NCBI GenBank assembly: GCA_050180485.1
Contig: JBFXED010000006.1
Span: 42,070 to 106,069 of the forward strand
DNA: 64,000 nucleotides
Direction of reading: 5' to 3'
DNA from: Alphaproteobacteria bacterium
GTDB taxonomy: Bacteria > Pseudomonadota > Alphaproteobacteria > CADEGL01
The position numbers and the translations under genes were made by a program. Below the pieces are notes generated by a model. The model did no database searches and was not told where the DNA came from. It saw nothing but the letters and a program-made list of their open reading frames with translations. Each line of letters opens with the position of its first letter. Within the stretch, counting starts at the first letter, position 1. Below are positions 1 to 8,289 of the stretch, in pieces.

Positions 1-243
1 GCGAAATAGCTGAGGCAGTGAGAGTGCCACCGCCCTAGGTGACACCATCTGAATAAAACCTGGAATCGTTGCGCATGTGCTCTGCCGCCACTTCTTCCAA
101 CTCAACTCCACTTGCTAAAAATTATCACTCAAGCATTACGCCTGATGCCTCTCACTTAATCCTGTTTAAAGCCATCAATCGCTTTCGCGAACGCTTGGAA
201 CGAAGATGTCAGCACCCTTAACTCAATAAAGGTGAGGTGCTAC

Positions 244-672
244 ATGAGAGTGAGAACTTCTTTCGGATCTGTGAACTTTCCACAATTGGATGATACGACG
301 CTATTGACGTTGTCGGACCTCACTTGCCGCCTTCACGCTGCGGAGAAAGCGAGGGCAAGAGAGAACGCGCGGCAAGCGAAACTCGACCAGGCAAAGCTAA
401 TTGCACTCGGACAGGCTTACCGATTGCTCATGGGTGGGATTCAAATGTCCCACCAACCAGCCGGGGTCACCTCTGAAGCGACTTTAATCAAAGCAATGGT
501 AATTGCCGGACCAAGTGAGAGCCGCATGTTCGCAGAGACCATGCACGGCGCTCGATTGTTGCAGATCCACCCCGACCGGTTTATGGCCGCACTGCAGGCA
601 GGTGAAAGTGACCTGCTCCTTCGATGGCGGCACGCTGCACAAGAGTCCTACAGGAACGATACTAGTAAGTGA
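244..672 (+). CDS. hypothetical protein (island cargo), 142 aa from ATG 244
   Basis: ORF 232..672 in the lower-GC (~50%) left edge. ATG at 244 is preceded by AAGGTGAGG at 229-237. No recognisable motifs. Confidence 0.3.
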   Translation: MRVRTSFGSVNFPQLDDTTLLTLSDLTCRLHAAEKARARENARQAKLDQAKLIALGQAYRLLMGGIQMSHQPAGVTSEATLIKAMVIAGPSESRMFAETMHGARLLQIHPDRFMAALQAGESDLLLRWRHAAQESYRNDTSK

Positions 673-790
673 GGGCAACCAACCGGTGGCGCACTGCGCC
701 ACCGGTTCCCGCCTCTTTTCTCAATCGATTAACGCATTCCCGGCTGCGCCTTTTACACCGCCGTCAACTTTTATCAGAGGAATAAGGACT

Positions 791-1075
791 ATGTGCAGCG
801 CCCCGCTTTTGCCAGCGCTCATCGCATCCCATGGAATTCATTCAGCAATACCGTTGCGAGACGACCTCATCTACGGTCCCGAGGCAATCGCTAAAGAACT
901 CGGCTTGGATAAAGCAATGCCGATTGGAAAGGCCATCCGCCGGGTCTACAAGATGCGCGAACGAGGCAAGGCCCCAATCTTCTATCTTGACGGCGTGGGT
1001 CTGGTCGCGCGGAAATCAGCCCTTGCTGCCTACCTCTTGCAGCGTGAGCTGGACGCCGAAGTTGGCCAGCGGTAG
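791..1075 (+). CDS. small DNA-binding protein, AlpA/excisionase-like (putative), 94 aa
   Basis: C-terminal part of ORF 503..1075. ATG 791 is preceded by AAGGA (784-788). The sequence (IYGPEAIAKELGL...RRVYKMRERGKAPIFYLDGVGLV) resembles an HTH of AlpA/Xis type. It lies immediately upstream of the integrase, a typical excisionase position. Confidence 0.4.
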   Translation: MCSAPLLPALIASHGIHSAIPLRDDLIYGPEAIAKELGLDKAMPIGKAIRRVYKMRERGKAPIFYLDGVGLVARKSALAAYLLQRELDAEVGQR

Positions 1076-1084
1076 CGTCATATC

Positions 1085-2335
1085 ATGCGCATTCGTCCGC
1101 ACCGCTGGACCACGAAGCTAGGCCAGGAGCGGCGTGGGTTCATGCTCGACCTTGGCATCGACAAGGCGTCAAAAAAGCGTATCCGCAAGCTTTTCCCCTC
1201 GCGCCAAGCCGCTAAGTCATGGCTAGAAACCAAGCAAGACGCCAAGGCAACCGTCGCGGCGGAGACGGTGCTGGGCCCTAGGGTAGCCGAGGCTTACAAC
1301 CGCTGGGTCAAGCGTGTGGAGGCCGATGGCCGCGCCCGCTCGACATGGTCCACCTACGCCCAGCGTGCGAACAACCACGCCATACTCGCGCGGGTGAAAC
1401 TGGATAAGGATGGCGAGGAGCGCGTGTTTGGAGAGCTGCGCGTGGCCGAGGTGACGACAACGGCCTGCGTGCTGTTCAAGGCGGCGCTGCAGGCCAAGGG
1501 CCTGTCGCCCGCCATGGTGGGCAAGGTGATGTCCGACCTTCGCATGATGCTCAACGACTGCATCCTGCAGGGTGACCTCAAATCCAACCCCGGCACGCCA
1601 GTCAAGACCAAGCGTGGTGAACGTCACAAACGCAAGGTGGAGATCCCGACACCGGCCGAAATGCGGGGGATACTGGAGATAGTGAACGCCGCGGGAATCG
1701 CCCGACCGACCCGAGGACAAGTGTTTGTAAACTTCCAGCCGCGCACCGGCCTGCGTCCCAGCGAAACTCTGGCGCTAGCTTGGTCGCATATCGCGCTCGA
1801 GGCCCACCAGCCCTTCGTCCGCGTCGAGCGGGCGATTGACGCCTGGGGCAATTTCGGCCCTCCCAAGAGCGCGGCGGGCTATCGCGACGTACCGCTCCCA
1901 GCTGACTTGGTCGAGATACTGCTGGCATGGCGCAAGGTCTGCCCGAAGTCCGAGCATGGGCTCGTGTTCCCGACCTCGGAAGGTCATCCCGATTCGCAGA
2001 GCAACCTGCGCGCACGCGTCTGGCTACCATTGATGCAGGCAGCCGGCCTGGCTATACCGCTCGACAAGCCCTTGCGCGCCTCGATGCGATCGGCCGCGCG
2101 GAACCAGCGCGCCGGCACCGAGACACTATGGAGCCTGCGCTATACCGTCTACGCCATGCGGCATTTCTACGCATCCGCGTTGATCATCGCGCAGGGCCTC
2201 GTACCCAAGAAGGTCCAGGAAATGTTGGGCCACGACTCCATCCAGGTCACCATGGACACCTACGGCCATCTCTGGGCCGACCCGCAAGGCGATGCGACCG
2301 TGGCCAAGCACCTGGCCGCGTTCCTCGCGGCGTAG
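1085..2335 (+). CDS. tyrosine-type site-specific integrase (phage/island integrase)
   Basis: 416-aa ORF. The C-terminal catalytic region carries the R...HxxR...Y signature (...MRHFYASALIIAQG...HDSIQVTMDTYGHLW). It sits 148 bp from the 3' end of a tRNA gene. The alternative start at Met20 (1142) is possible. Confidence 0.85.
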   Translation: MRIRPHRWTTKLGQERRGFMLDLGIDKASKKRIRKLFPSRQAAKSWLETKQDAKATVAAETVLGPRVAEAYNRWVKRVEADGRARSTWSTYAQRANNHAILARVKLDKDGEERVFGELRVAEVTTTACVLFKAALQAKGLSPAMVGKVMSDLRMMLNDCILQGDLKSNPGTPVKTKRGERHKRKVEIPTPAEMRGILEIVNAAGIARPTRGQVFVNFQPRTGLRPSETLALAWSHIALEAHQPFVRVERAIDAWGNFGPPKSAAGYRDVPLPADLVEILLAWRKVCPKSEHGLVFPTSEGHPDSQSNLRARVWLPLMQAAGLAIPLDKPLRASMRSAARNQRAGTETLWSLRYTVYAMRHFYASALIIAQGLVPKKVQEMLGHDSIQVTMDTYGHLWADPQGDATVAKHLAAFLAA

Positions 2336-2482
2336 CATTTGCCAAACGTTTGCCGGATTTCGTGGGGAACGTGGGGAATTCAGGGAAAATAGGAACGAAA
2401 CGCGGACACCGGGAACGGCGCGCGAGAACGCCAAAAACCTGTGTCACGCCTGCATTACTTTGATCTGGAAGGGGAAAAGTAA

Positions 2483-2558
2483 TGGTAGCGGCGGAGGGAC
2501 TCGAACCCCCGACCAAAGGATTATGATTCCTCTGCTCTACCAGCTGAGCTACGCCGCC
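2483..2558 (-). tRNA. tRNA-Met (anticodon CAT; elongator-type, could be tRNA-Ile2 if lysidinylated)
   Basis: The reverse complement reads GGCGGCGTAGCTCAGCTGGTAGAGCAGAGGAATCATAATCCTTTGGTCGGGGGTTCGAGTCCCTCCGCCGCTACCA. It has a 7-bp acceptor stem, a D-loop AGCTGGTAGAGC, an anticodon loop AUCAUAA (CAU), T-arm GGTTCGAGTCC, and an encoded CCA. Confidence 0.9.
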
Positions 2559-2634
2559 AGAATCCCACAACTTGTGCGGAAAGCGCCCCGCATATAGGGC
2601 CGGGCTTCCGCCCTGTCAACGCCGGGCAGCCCCG

Positions 2635-3441
2635 CTACTCGTTATATCCGGCCAGGCTCTCCGAGACATGAATCATGGGCATCTGGCTGACGCGGATAAA
2701 GCCGGCACCTGGCCTGTCGAGATCCTGGATCAAGAGAATCACGCCGGCCACCACAATGCCGGTCACGCAGCGCGGCAGGCGCGAACGCTCGCGGGCGAGA
2801 CCGCTGCCATATCCGGTGAAGCCGGCCGACACCGCGGCGATGCCGTACAACGCGAAAAGCACGATGGGTGGTATGCGGTTCATCACCGCGGCGATCCGCT
2901 TTTCCTGATTGTCGATCATTTCGTTCAAGGCCTGGATGTACAGCCCCGTTGGAACCATGCCGGCATCCTTCGCCGCGACAGCGCGGACCTGTTGCCACAG
3001 CTGTTCCTGAATCTCGCTCGAACGGGCGATGCCCGCCCACAAATCTTCCATCGTCGCCACCTTGCGCGTCAACGCCAGGCGAACCTCCACATAGTCGCGA
3101 AAAAGAGCGATGCTATCGTGGGCATGCGGTGCCGGCAGAAGGCGCGCGCGCAACGCAGCCGTGCCGATGGCATTGGCCTCCTCCACCACGGCTTGGCGGC
3201 GTTCATCGAAGCGCGCCAACGCCATCGCGAACGTGAAACCGATCATGAGCGCCAGAAGACCGAGCGCCGCGCTCTCCATGACCGAGACGTTGCCATGGCC
3301 TTTCGGACCGGCGCGCCGGCCGATCCAATAACCCGCCTCGCCCACGCCCAGGATGGCCACGAGGCTTCCGATGAAGATGACGGGAAGCGGCAGGGAGAAG
3401 AGCTCCATGGCGAAATTCTCAGGCATTCGGTGTGTGATCAA
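2635..3441 (-). CDS. hypothetical polytopic inner-membrane protein
   Basis: 268-aa ORF with about four predicted hydrophobic helices (N-terminal LFSLPLPVIFIGSLVAILGV, C-terminal IVLFALYGIAAVSAGF / GIVVAGVILLIQ). High-GC codon usage. The family was not recognised with confidence. Confidence 0.5.
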   Translation of the reverse strand: MITHRMPENFAMELFSLPLPVIFIGSLVAILGVGEAGYWIGRRAGPKGHGNVSVMESAALGLLALMIGFTFAMALARFDERRQAVVEEANAIGTAALRARLLPAPHAHDSIALFRDYVEVRLALTRKVATMEDLWAGIARSSEIQEQLWQQVRAVAAKDAGMVPTGLYIQALNEMIDNQEKRIAAVMNRIPPIVLFALYGIAAVSAGFTGYGSGLARERSRLPRCVTGIVVAGVILLIQDLDRPGAGFIRVSQMPMIHVSESLAGYNE

Positions 3442-4480
3442 TCCAGCGAAGCATCAGGATATAGGAGACCGATAGGATCACGGGACCGATGAACAGGCCC
3501 ACCAACCCCAAACCCAACAGTCCGCCGATGACTCCGATGAACACGACCCAAATGGGGACGGGCAGCCCCCGGCCGATCAGGATCGGCTTGAGGAAATTAT
3601 CGATCACGTTGACGAAGATCATCCAGCCCAGAAGGAACGCGGCCCAGCTCGGATCGCCCTGGTAGTAAATCCAGGCCGCGGCGGGAATGCCCACGATCAA
3701 TGCACCCACTTGGGCCGTGCAGCTGATGAAGATCAGGAGCGTCAAAAGGACCGGGATCGGCGCGGCCGCGATCTCCAAGCCGACCCACGCCACTTGGGCC
3801 TGGATGATCGCCGTGCCGATGATCCCTTGCGCCACGCCCCGGACGGTGCGCACCACCAGCGCTTGGATACCCGCCGATTCCGGGGCGCCGAGTGCGCGCA
3901 GGAGCTTCGTGAAGAACTGGTCGAGCCGCTCCGCCGTGATGAGGAACGTGGCGGCCAACGCAATCGCCAACAAGGCTTCGAGCACGAGCAGCGTCGAGGA
4001 GACGGTGCTGGACAGGAACCAGAGCAAGGCCGCCCGGAGTTTCGGCCGGATCGTCTCGATCGTGCCGGGCACGTCGACCGCCGCATCGTGCCAGATCTGG
4101 GAAAAACGCCGCCCGACCAGCGGAATCTCAGCAAGCCAGGACGGTGCGTCCGGAATGACGAGCTGCTCGAGCGCCGGAGAGTTCTGAAAAAGATGGGACG
4201 CCTGCACGCCCACCGTCATCAGCAGCATCACGAGAGGGATGAGAAGCACGCCGGCCATGAGCAACGCGATCGCGATGGCCGGGATGACCCGCCGCCCACC
4301 CAGCCAAGATGAGAGGTGCTTCTGCAAGGGGTAGAGAGAGATCGCGATGATCGCGCCCCAGACCATGGCGCTGAGGAACGGCCTTATCAGCCATAGGCTG
4401 ATGCCGACAAGCGAAAGAATGATGAGAAGCGCAACGACACGCCGCACCAGCAGCGCCATTGTCGCCGAATCGTCCGCCAT
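3419..4480 (-). CDS. AI-2E family transporter (PerM/UPF0118-like permease)
   Basis: 353 aa with about eight hydrophobic segments. Length and motif pattern are typical of AI-2E/UPF0118 permeases. Confidence 0.7.
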   Translation of the reverse strand: MADDSATMALLVRRVVALLIILSLVGISLWLIRPFLSAMVWGAIIAISLYPLQKHLSSWLGGRRVIPAIAIALLMAGVLLIPLVMLLMTVGVQASHLFQNSPALEQLVIPDAPSWLAEIPLVGRRFSQIWHDAAVDVPGTIETIRPKLRAALLWFLSSTVSSTLLVLEALLAIALAATFLITAERLDQFFTKLLRALGAPESAGIQALVVRTVRGVAQGIIGTAIIQAQVAWVGLEIAAAPIPVLLTLLIFISCTAQVGALIVGIPAAAWIYYQGDPSWAAFLLGWMIFVNVIDNFLKPILIGRGLPVPIWVVFIGVIGGLLGLGLVGLFIGPVILSVSYILMLRWIDHTPNA

Positions 4481-4556
4481 CGCATGGCCCCCTCTAGGAC
4501 GGCTCCCAATCGGCGATGCTAGTGCATCGCGGCCCTAGCCGCCATTCCGCCGCGAC

Positions 4557-5678
4557 TCAGGCGGCCTGCGCCGCTTCCTCGCGCAGGATCCAGCCACCGC
4601 CAAGGACGCGGTCGCCGTCGTAAAAGACGCATGCCTGCCCCGGCGCGATGCCCTGCTGCGGCGCGTCCAGCGCGACGTCGACACCGCCACCCGGCAACGG
4701 GTGAAGCGTGGCGTCCGCCGCTGGCGCCGTCGCGCGCAGCTTCACCCGCACCCGCGCGCCTTCGGGCGGCGCGTCATGCGCGCCAAGCCAGTTCACCGCG
4801 CCGAGACGCACGCGGTCGCGGCCCAGCGCCGCGCGCGGCCCGACCACCACCCGCCGCCGCGTAGGCTCGAGCCGCACCACGAACAGCGGTTCGGACGACG
4901 ACAGCCCGATCCCGCGCCGCTGGCCGATCGTGTAATGGATGATGCCCTCGTGACGGCCGAGCACGCGCCCTGAAAGATCGACGATCTCGCCGGGTTCGGC
5001 GGCGCCCGGCCGTAGCTTCGCGACCAGCCGCGCATAGTCGCCGTCCGGCACGAAGCAGATGTCCTGGCTGTCGGGCTTGGATGCCACCGGCAGGGCGAAG
5101 CGCCGAGCCAGGGCGCGCGTCTCGTCCTTGGACAGGCCGCCCAGGGGAAAACGCAGGAAGGCGAGCTGCTCGCGCGTGGTGCGGAACAGGAAGTAGCTCT
5201 GATCGCGTGTCTCATCGGCCGCACGGTGCAACTCGGCGCCTTCGGAGCCGTCCGCGCGGCGCACGTAATGGCCGGTGGCTAGCGCGTCGGCATCGAGGTC
5301 GCGCGCCGCCGTCAGAAGGTCGCGGAACTTGACCGTCTGGTTGCACAAGACGCACGGAATCGGCGTCTGCCCGGCGATATAACCATCGGCGAAGGGCGCG
5401 ATCACCTCGTCGTGAAAGCGCCGCTCGTAATCGAGCACATAGTGGGGAATGCCTAGCGCGTCGGCCACCCGCCGCGCGTCATGGATATCTTGGCCCGCGC
5501 AGCAGGCGCGCGATTTCCCGACTGCCTGCCCATGGTCGTAGAGCTGCAAGGTGATGCCGACCACCTCGTAGCCCTGCTCCACGAGCAGCGCGGCCGTGGT
5601 GGCGCTGTCCACGCCACCCGACATGGCCACCACGACCCGCGTGGCAGCCGGCGCCTTGTCGATGCCCAAGCCGTTCAT
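4557..5678 (-). CDS. mnmA: tRNA 2-thiouridine(34) synthase MnmA
   Basis: 373 aa. It has the PP-loop SGGVDS and catalytic-Cys motifs ([17 protein letters not shown]...[15 protein letters not shown]). Colinear with MnmA throughout. Confidence 0.9.
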   Translation of the reverse strand: MNGLGIDKAPAATRVVVAMSGGVDSATTAALLVEQGYEVVGITLQLYDHGQAVGKSRACCAGQDIHDARRVADALGIPHYVLDYERRFHDEVIAPFADGYIAGQTPIPCVLCNQTVKFRDLLTAARDLDADALATGHYVRRADGSEGAELHRAADETRDQSYFLFRTTREQLAFLRFPLGGLSKDETRALARRFALPVASKPDSQDICFVPDGDYARLVAKLRPGAAEPGEIVDLSGRVLGRHEGIIHYTIGQRRGIGLSSSEPLFVVRLEPTRRRVVVGPRAALGRDRVRLGAVNWLGAHDAPPEGARVRVKLRATAPAADATLHPLPGGGVDVALDAPQQGIAPGQACVFYDGDRVLGGGWILREEAAQAA

Positions 5679-5795
5679 GGCGGGGACTATAGACGCAAGC
5701 CACGCCAGGACAAGCGAGCGGGCGTTGGCGGCGCCGGGAAAGTGCGTAAGATGCGCCGCGCCCGGGCTGGCCCGGGTTTCCGAAGGGGATGCACC

Positions 5796-6077
5796 ATGGG
5801 ATTTTCGCGCCGCCTGGCGGCTTTTGCCCTCGCGGCTGCGCTCGCCGGCTGCACCAACATGAGCGTGCCGCCCGGCACGCCCGCCTTCCAGGCGGGCTAC
5901 AAGGACGGCTGCCGCTCGGCCTGGGCGGATGTCGGCGTGCGCGGCTATAATGAGCGGGTCGAGGACGAGAAGATGAAGGTCAACGCCGAGTATCAGGCGG
6001 GCTGGGGCCGTGGCTACGGCGAGTGCTTCTCGGTCGACCAGCGCACGACCCGCAACCGCGACATGGGCTCTGGATGA
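5796..6077 (+). CDS. small Cys-containing lipoprotein, paralog 1 of tandem family (93 aa)
   Basis: ATG 5796 with AGGGGA upstream. Signal peptide with lipobox LAGC, then [15 protein letters not shown]...[14 protein letters not shown]. The stop TGA overlaps the next start (ATGA). Confidence 0.75.
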   Translation: MGFSRRLAAFALAAALAGCTNMSVPPGTPAFQAGYKDGCRSAWADVGVRGYNERVEDEKMKVNAEYQAGWGRGYGECFSVDQRTTRNRDMGSG

Positions 6078-6358
6078 TCAGGCGTGCCGGCTTCGCATTC
6101 ATATGTCTTCTGGCGCTGACCGCGTGCGACACCGGCCGCGGCGCGCCGTCCTGGGCGCCGCCGGGTTCGCCGTCGTTCAAGACCGGCTATATCGACGGCT
6201 GCTGGACCGGATGGGGCGTCGCGGGCAAACCCAGCTTCGAGAACGCCTACTACAAGGACGATGGGCGGTATTTATCCGATCCAGACTACAAGCGCGGTTG
6301 GGACGAAGGGCAGGCCGATTGCTACCAGCAGCAGATGAGCTCGCCCCAGATGGGTTAG
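6074..6358 (+). CDS. small Cys-containing lipoprotein, paralog 2 (94 aa)
   Basis: [18 protein letters not shown] lipobox, then [20 protein letters not shown]...[16 protein letters not shown]. The start overlaps the paralog-1 stop. Confidence 0.75.
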   Translation: MIRRAGFAFICLLALTACDTGRGAPSWAPPGSPSFKTGYIDGCWTGWGVAGKPSFENAYYKDDGRYLSDPDYKRGWDEGQADCYQQQMSSPQMG

Positions 6359-6645
6359 GCCGCGCGGCGCGGCGTATCGGCGCCTTCGCCTTGGCCGCGC
6401 TCCTCTCCGCCTGCGAGGCGGTCGGCTCGATCCCACCACCCGGCTCGGACGCTTTCCAGCGCGGCTATATCGACGGCTGCTGGTCGGGTTGGGGCCTGGC
6501 CGCCAAACCCGGCTTTGAAGCGTTGTTCTACCGCAACGAATCGCGCTTCTCGTCCGATGAGGAGTATCACGCTGGCTGGGTCCAGGGTGAGTTGGAATGC
6601 TATAATCAACAGATGAACTTTCCCACCATGGGCGCCGCGAAATGA
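6319..6645 (+). CDS. small Cys-containing lipoprotein, paralog 3 (start uncertain; possibly decaying)
   Basis: Mature part PPPGSDAFQRGYIDGCWSGWG...EYHAGWVQGELECYNQQ with lipobox LLSAC. No ATG or GTG lies in frame near the signal peptide. The nearest in-frame start is TTG 6319, which overlaps paralog 2 by 40 nt. Confidence 0.5.
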   Translation: MLPAADELAPDGLGRAARRIGAFALAALLSACEAVGSIPPPGSDAFQRGYIDGCWSGWGLAAKPGFEALFYRNESRFSSDEEYHAGWVQGELECYNQQMNFPTMGAAK

Positions 6646-6956
6646 ATGCTTTTCCGTCGAACATGGTCCGCCATATCGCAATCGCGGGCGGCCTTTGCGC
6701 CATGACGATGCTGACGGCTTCCTGCAAGACCACGGGCTCCGGCGAGGTTCCGCCTGGCTCACCCGACTTCCAGGCGGGATATTCCGACGGCTGCGTCTCG
6801 GGCTATGGCGACGCGGGCCGGCGCGGCATGGAAGACGTGTTTGTTAAGAATACCGCCAGGTTCAACGGTAACCAGCAGTACCACGAGGGTTGGTTGCAGG
6901 GTTACGCCGCCTGTTATCAGTCCGAGGCCAGCCAGCCGATGATGGGTATCCGCTAG
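6642..6956 (+). CDS. small Cys-containing lipoprotein, paralog 4 (104 aa)
   Basis: ATG 6642 overlaps the paralog-3 stop (ATGA). Lipobox TASC. PPGSPDFQAGYSDGCVSGYGDAGRRGMEDVFVKN...YHEGWLQGYAACYQSE. Confidence 0.75.
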   Translation: MNAFPSNMVRHIAIAGGLCAMTMLTASCKTTGSGEVPPGSPDFQAGYSDGCVSGYGDAGRRGMEDVFVKNTARFNGNQQYHEGWLQGYAACYQSEASQPMMGIR

Positions 6957-7052
6957 CATGCCTGCCGGCTTTCAGTGTGCTGGCCGTTACGCCCGCCAGC
7001 TTGTACAAACGCTTCTGAACGTCATCTCGAGGAAAACACAGTGACTCAAGCG

Positions 7053-7355
7053 ATGAAGATCCGCCTCCGGCAGGTGGCCGCTGCATGCGCGATTTTTGCC
7101 ATGAGCGCGTCGGTGACCGCGTGCAAGACCACTGGCGCGGGCGATGTTCCACCCGGCCCACCCGATTTCCAGGCGGGCTATTCCGACGGCTGCGATTCCG
7201 GCTACGGCGACGCCGGCCGGCGCGGCATGGAAGACGTGTTCGTAAAGGACAGGGTCAAGTTCAACAACAACCAGGAATACCACGAGGGTTGGCTGCAGGG
7301 TTATGCCGCCTGTTATCAGTCCGAGGAAAACCAGCCGATGATGGGCCAGCGCTGA
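7053..7355 (+). CDS. small Cys-containing lipoprotein, paralog 5 (about 85% identical to paralog 4)
   Basis: MKIRLRQVAAACAIFAMSASVTAC. The alternative start GTG 7041 lies 7 nt after GAGGA. The mature sequence is nearly identical to paralog 4. Confidence 0.7.
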   Translation: MKIRLRQVAAACAIFAMSASVTACKTTGAGDVPPGPPDFQAGYSDGCDSGYGDAGRRGMEDVFVKDRVKFNNNQEYHEGWLQGYAACYQSEENQPMMGQR

Positions 7356-7390
7356 GCTGTCGTAATTCGGTAACACTTGGCATCGACACT

Positions 7391-7413
7391 CCCGCCCCTT
7401 CCAACGGGGCGGG
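7391..7413 (+). other. GC-rich hairpin (CCCGCCCC-N7-GGGGCGGG) between lipoprotein paralogs 5 and 6
   Basis: Perfect 8-bp inverted repeat with a 7-nt loop. No U-tract follows. It overlaps the probable paralog-6 ribosome-binding region. Confidence 0.4.
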
Positions 7414-7418
7414 AACCG

Positions 7419-7712
7419 GTGCGCACTCAAAACAATGTAACGAGGAAGCAGCTTTGCACCGCATGCTTGGTGCTGTCGTTGCTCGCGGGCTGTTCCCATC
7501 AGCCGCCTGGCTCGCTTCTGTTCGAGGAAGGATATACGGCGGGCTGCAGCGACGGAACGTTCGACGCGGGCGGGCCGTCCGACCAGGTCGAATACATGCG
7601 GGACGACACGCTGTACCGCACGAAACCCGACTATAAGAACGGTTGGCAGCAGGGTTACGCCAAGTGCTATCGCGACGCGACGGAGTATCCGGAGATGGAC
7701 AACCGGGGTTAA
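7419..7712 (+). CDS. small Cys-containing lipoprotein, paralog 6
   Basis: The first plausible in-frame start is GTG 7419 (MRTQNNVTRKQLCTACLVLSLLAGC). The start called by the ORF track is TTG 7377. Mature part PPGSLLFEEGYTAGCSDG...DYKNGWQQGYAKCY. Confidence 0.6.
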   Translation: MRTQNNVTRKQLCTACLVLSLLAGCSHQPPGSLLFEEGYTAGCSDGTFDAGGPSDQVEYMRDDTLYRTKPDYKNGWQQGYAKCYRDATEYPEMDNRG

Positions 7713-8005
7713 GACGCCCAGGGGTAAGACGCTCCGGCCTATTCCTATGGTTCGCGCTCGGCTTTGCAGTGACAGGATGTCATCAGGCGCCGGCGGGCAC
7801 ACCCAACTTCCAGGATGGTTATCATGCCGGCTGCGACGACGCGGCCGTCGATTCGCCGGGCGCGCAGACGGGTCAGACGACGTGGATGCGCGACGAAACC
7901 CGCATCGCCGGCCAGCCCGACTACAAGGAAGGCTGGTACCAGGGATACGTCGCCTGCTATCGCAAATGGCTCGAACATCCCTCGATGTCCAACACCGGCA
8001 CATAG
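7664..8005 (+). CDS. small Cys-containing lipoprotein, paralog 7 (start uncertain)
   Basis: Lipobox VTGC, then PAGTPNFQDGYHAGCDD...DYKEGWYQGYVACY. No canonical start lies between the paralog-6 stop (7712) and the signal peptide. The nearest in-frame starts are GTG 7664 and TTG 7643, both inside paralog 6. Confidence 0.5.
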   Translation: MLSRRDGVSGDGQPGLRRPGVRRSGLFLWFALGFAVTGCHQAPAGTPNFQDGYHAGCDDAAVDSPGAQTGQTTWMRDETRIAGQPDYKEGWYQGYVACYRKWLEHPSMSNTGT

Positions 8006-8289
8006 CCGTACGGCTGCTCACGCGCAGTGGCGCGTGGTTGGCGGTCGTGCTGATCCTGGCAAGCTGCTCCCGCATCCCGACGGGTTCGCCCGATTACCAG
8101 AACGGCTACACGGCCGGCTGCTATGACGGGCGCTTCGACGCGGACGCACCCACCACCCAGACGGCATGGATCCGCGATGAGTCCATGTTCGAGGCGAACG
8201 CCGACTACAAGAGCGGTTGGCAGGAAGCGTACGCGAAGTGCTACGCCGACGAGCGCGACTACCCGATCATGGGAACGATCGGACGTTGA
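7966..8289 (+). CDS. small Cys-containing lipoprotein, paralog 8
   Basis: ATG 7966 overlaps the paralog-7 3' end by 40 nt. Signal peptide ...AWLAVVLILASC, then PTGSPDYQNGYTAGCYDG...DYKSGWQEAYAKCY. Confidence 0.6.
   Translation: MARTSLDVQHRHIAVRLLTRSGAWLAVVLILASCSRIPTGSPDYQNGYTAGCYDGRFDADAPTTQTAWIRDESMFEANADYKSGWQEAYAKCYADERDYPIMGTIGR

Noticed and set aside
503-790. Upstream 96 codons of ORF 503..1075
   Set aside because: No start context was found. The region overlaps the 244..672 frame, and only the segment from ATG 791, which has an SD, resembles a DNA-binding protein.
3710-4312. 200-aa plus-strand ORF with an extremely Arg/Asp/Glu-rich translation
   Set aside because: Antisense to the AI-2E transporter gene. 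It is a low-complexity, high-GC artefact.
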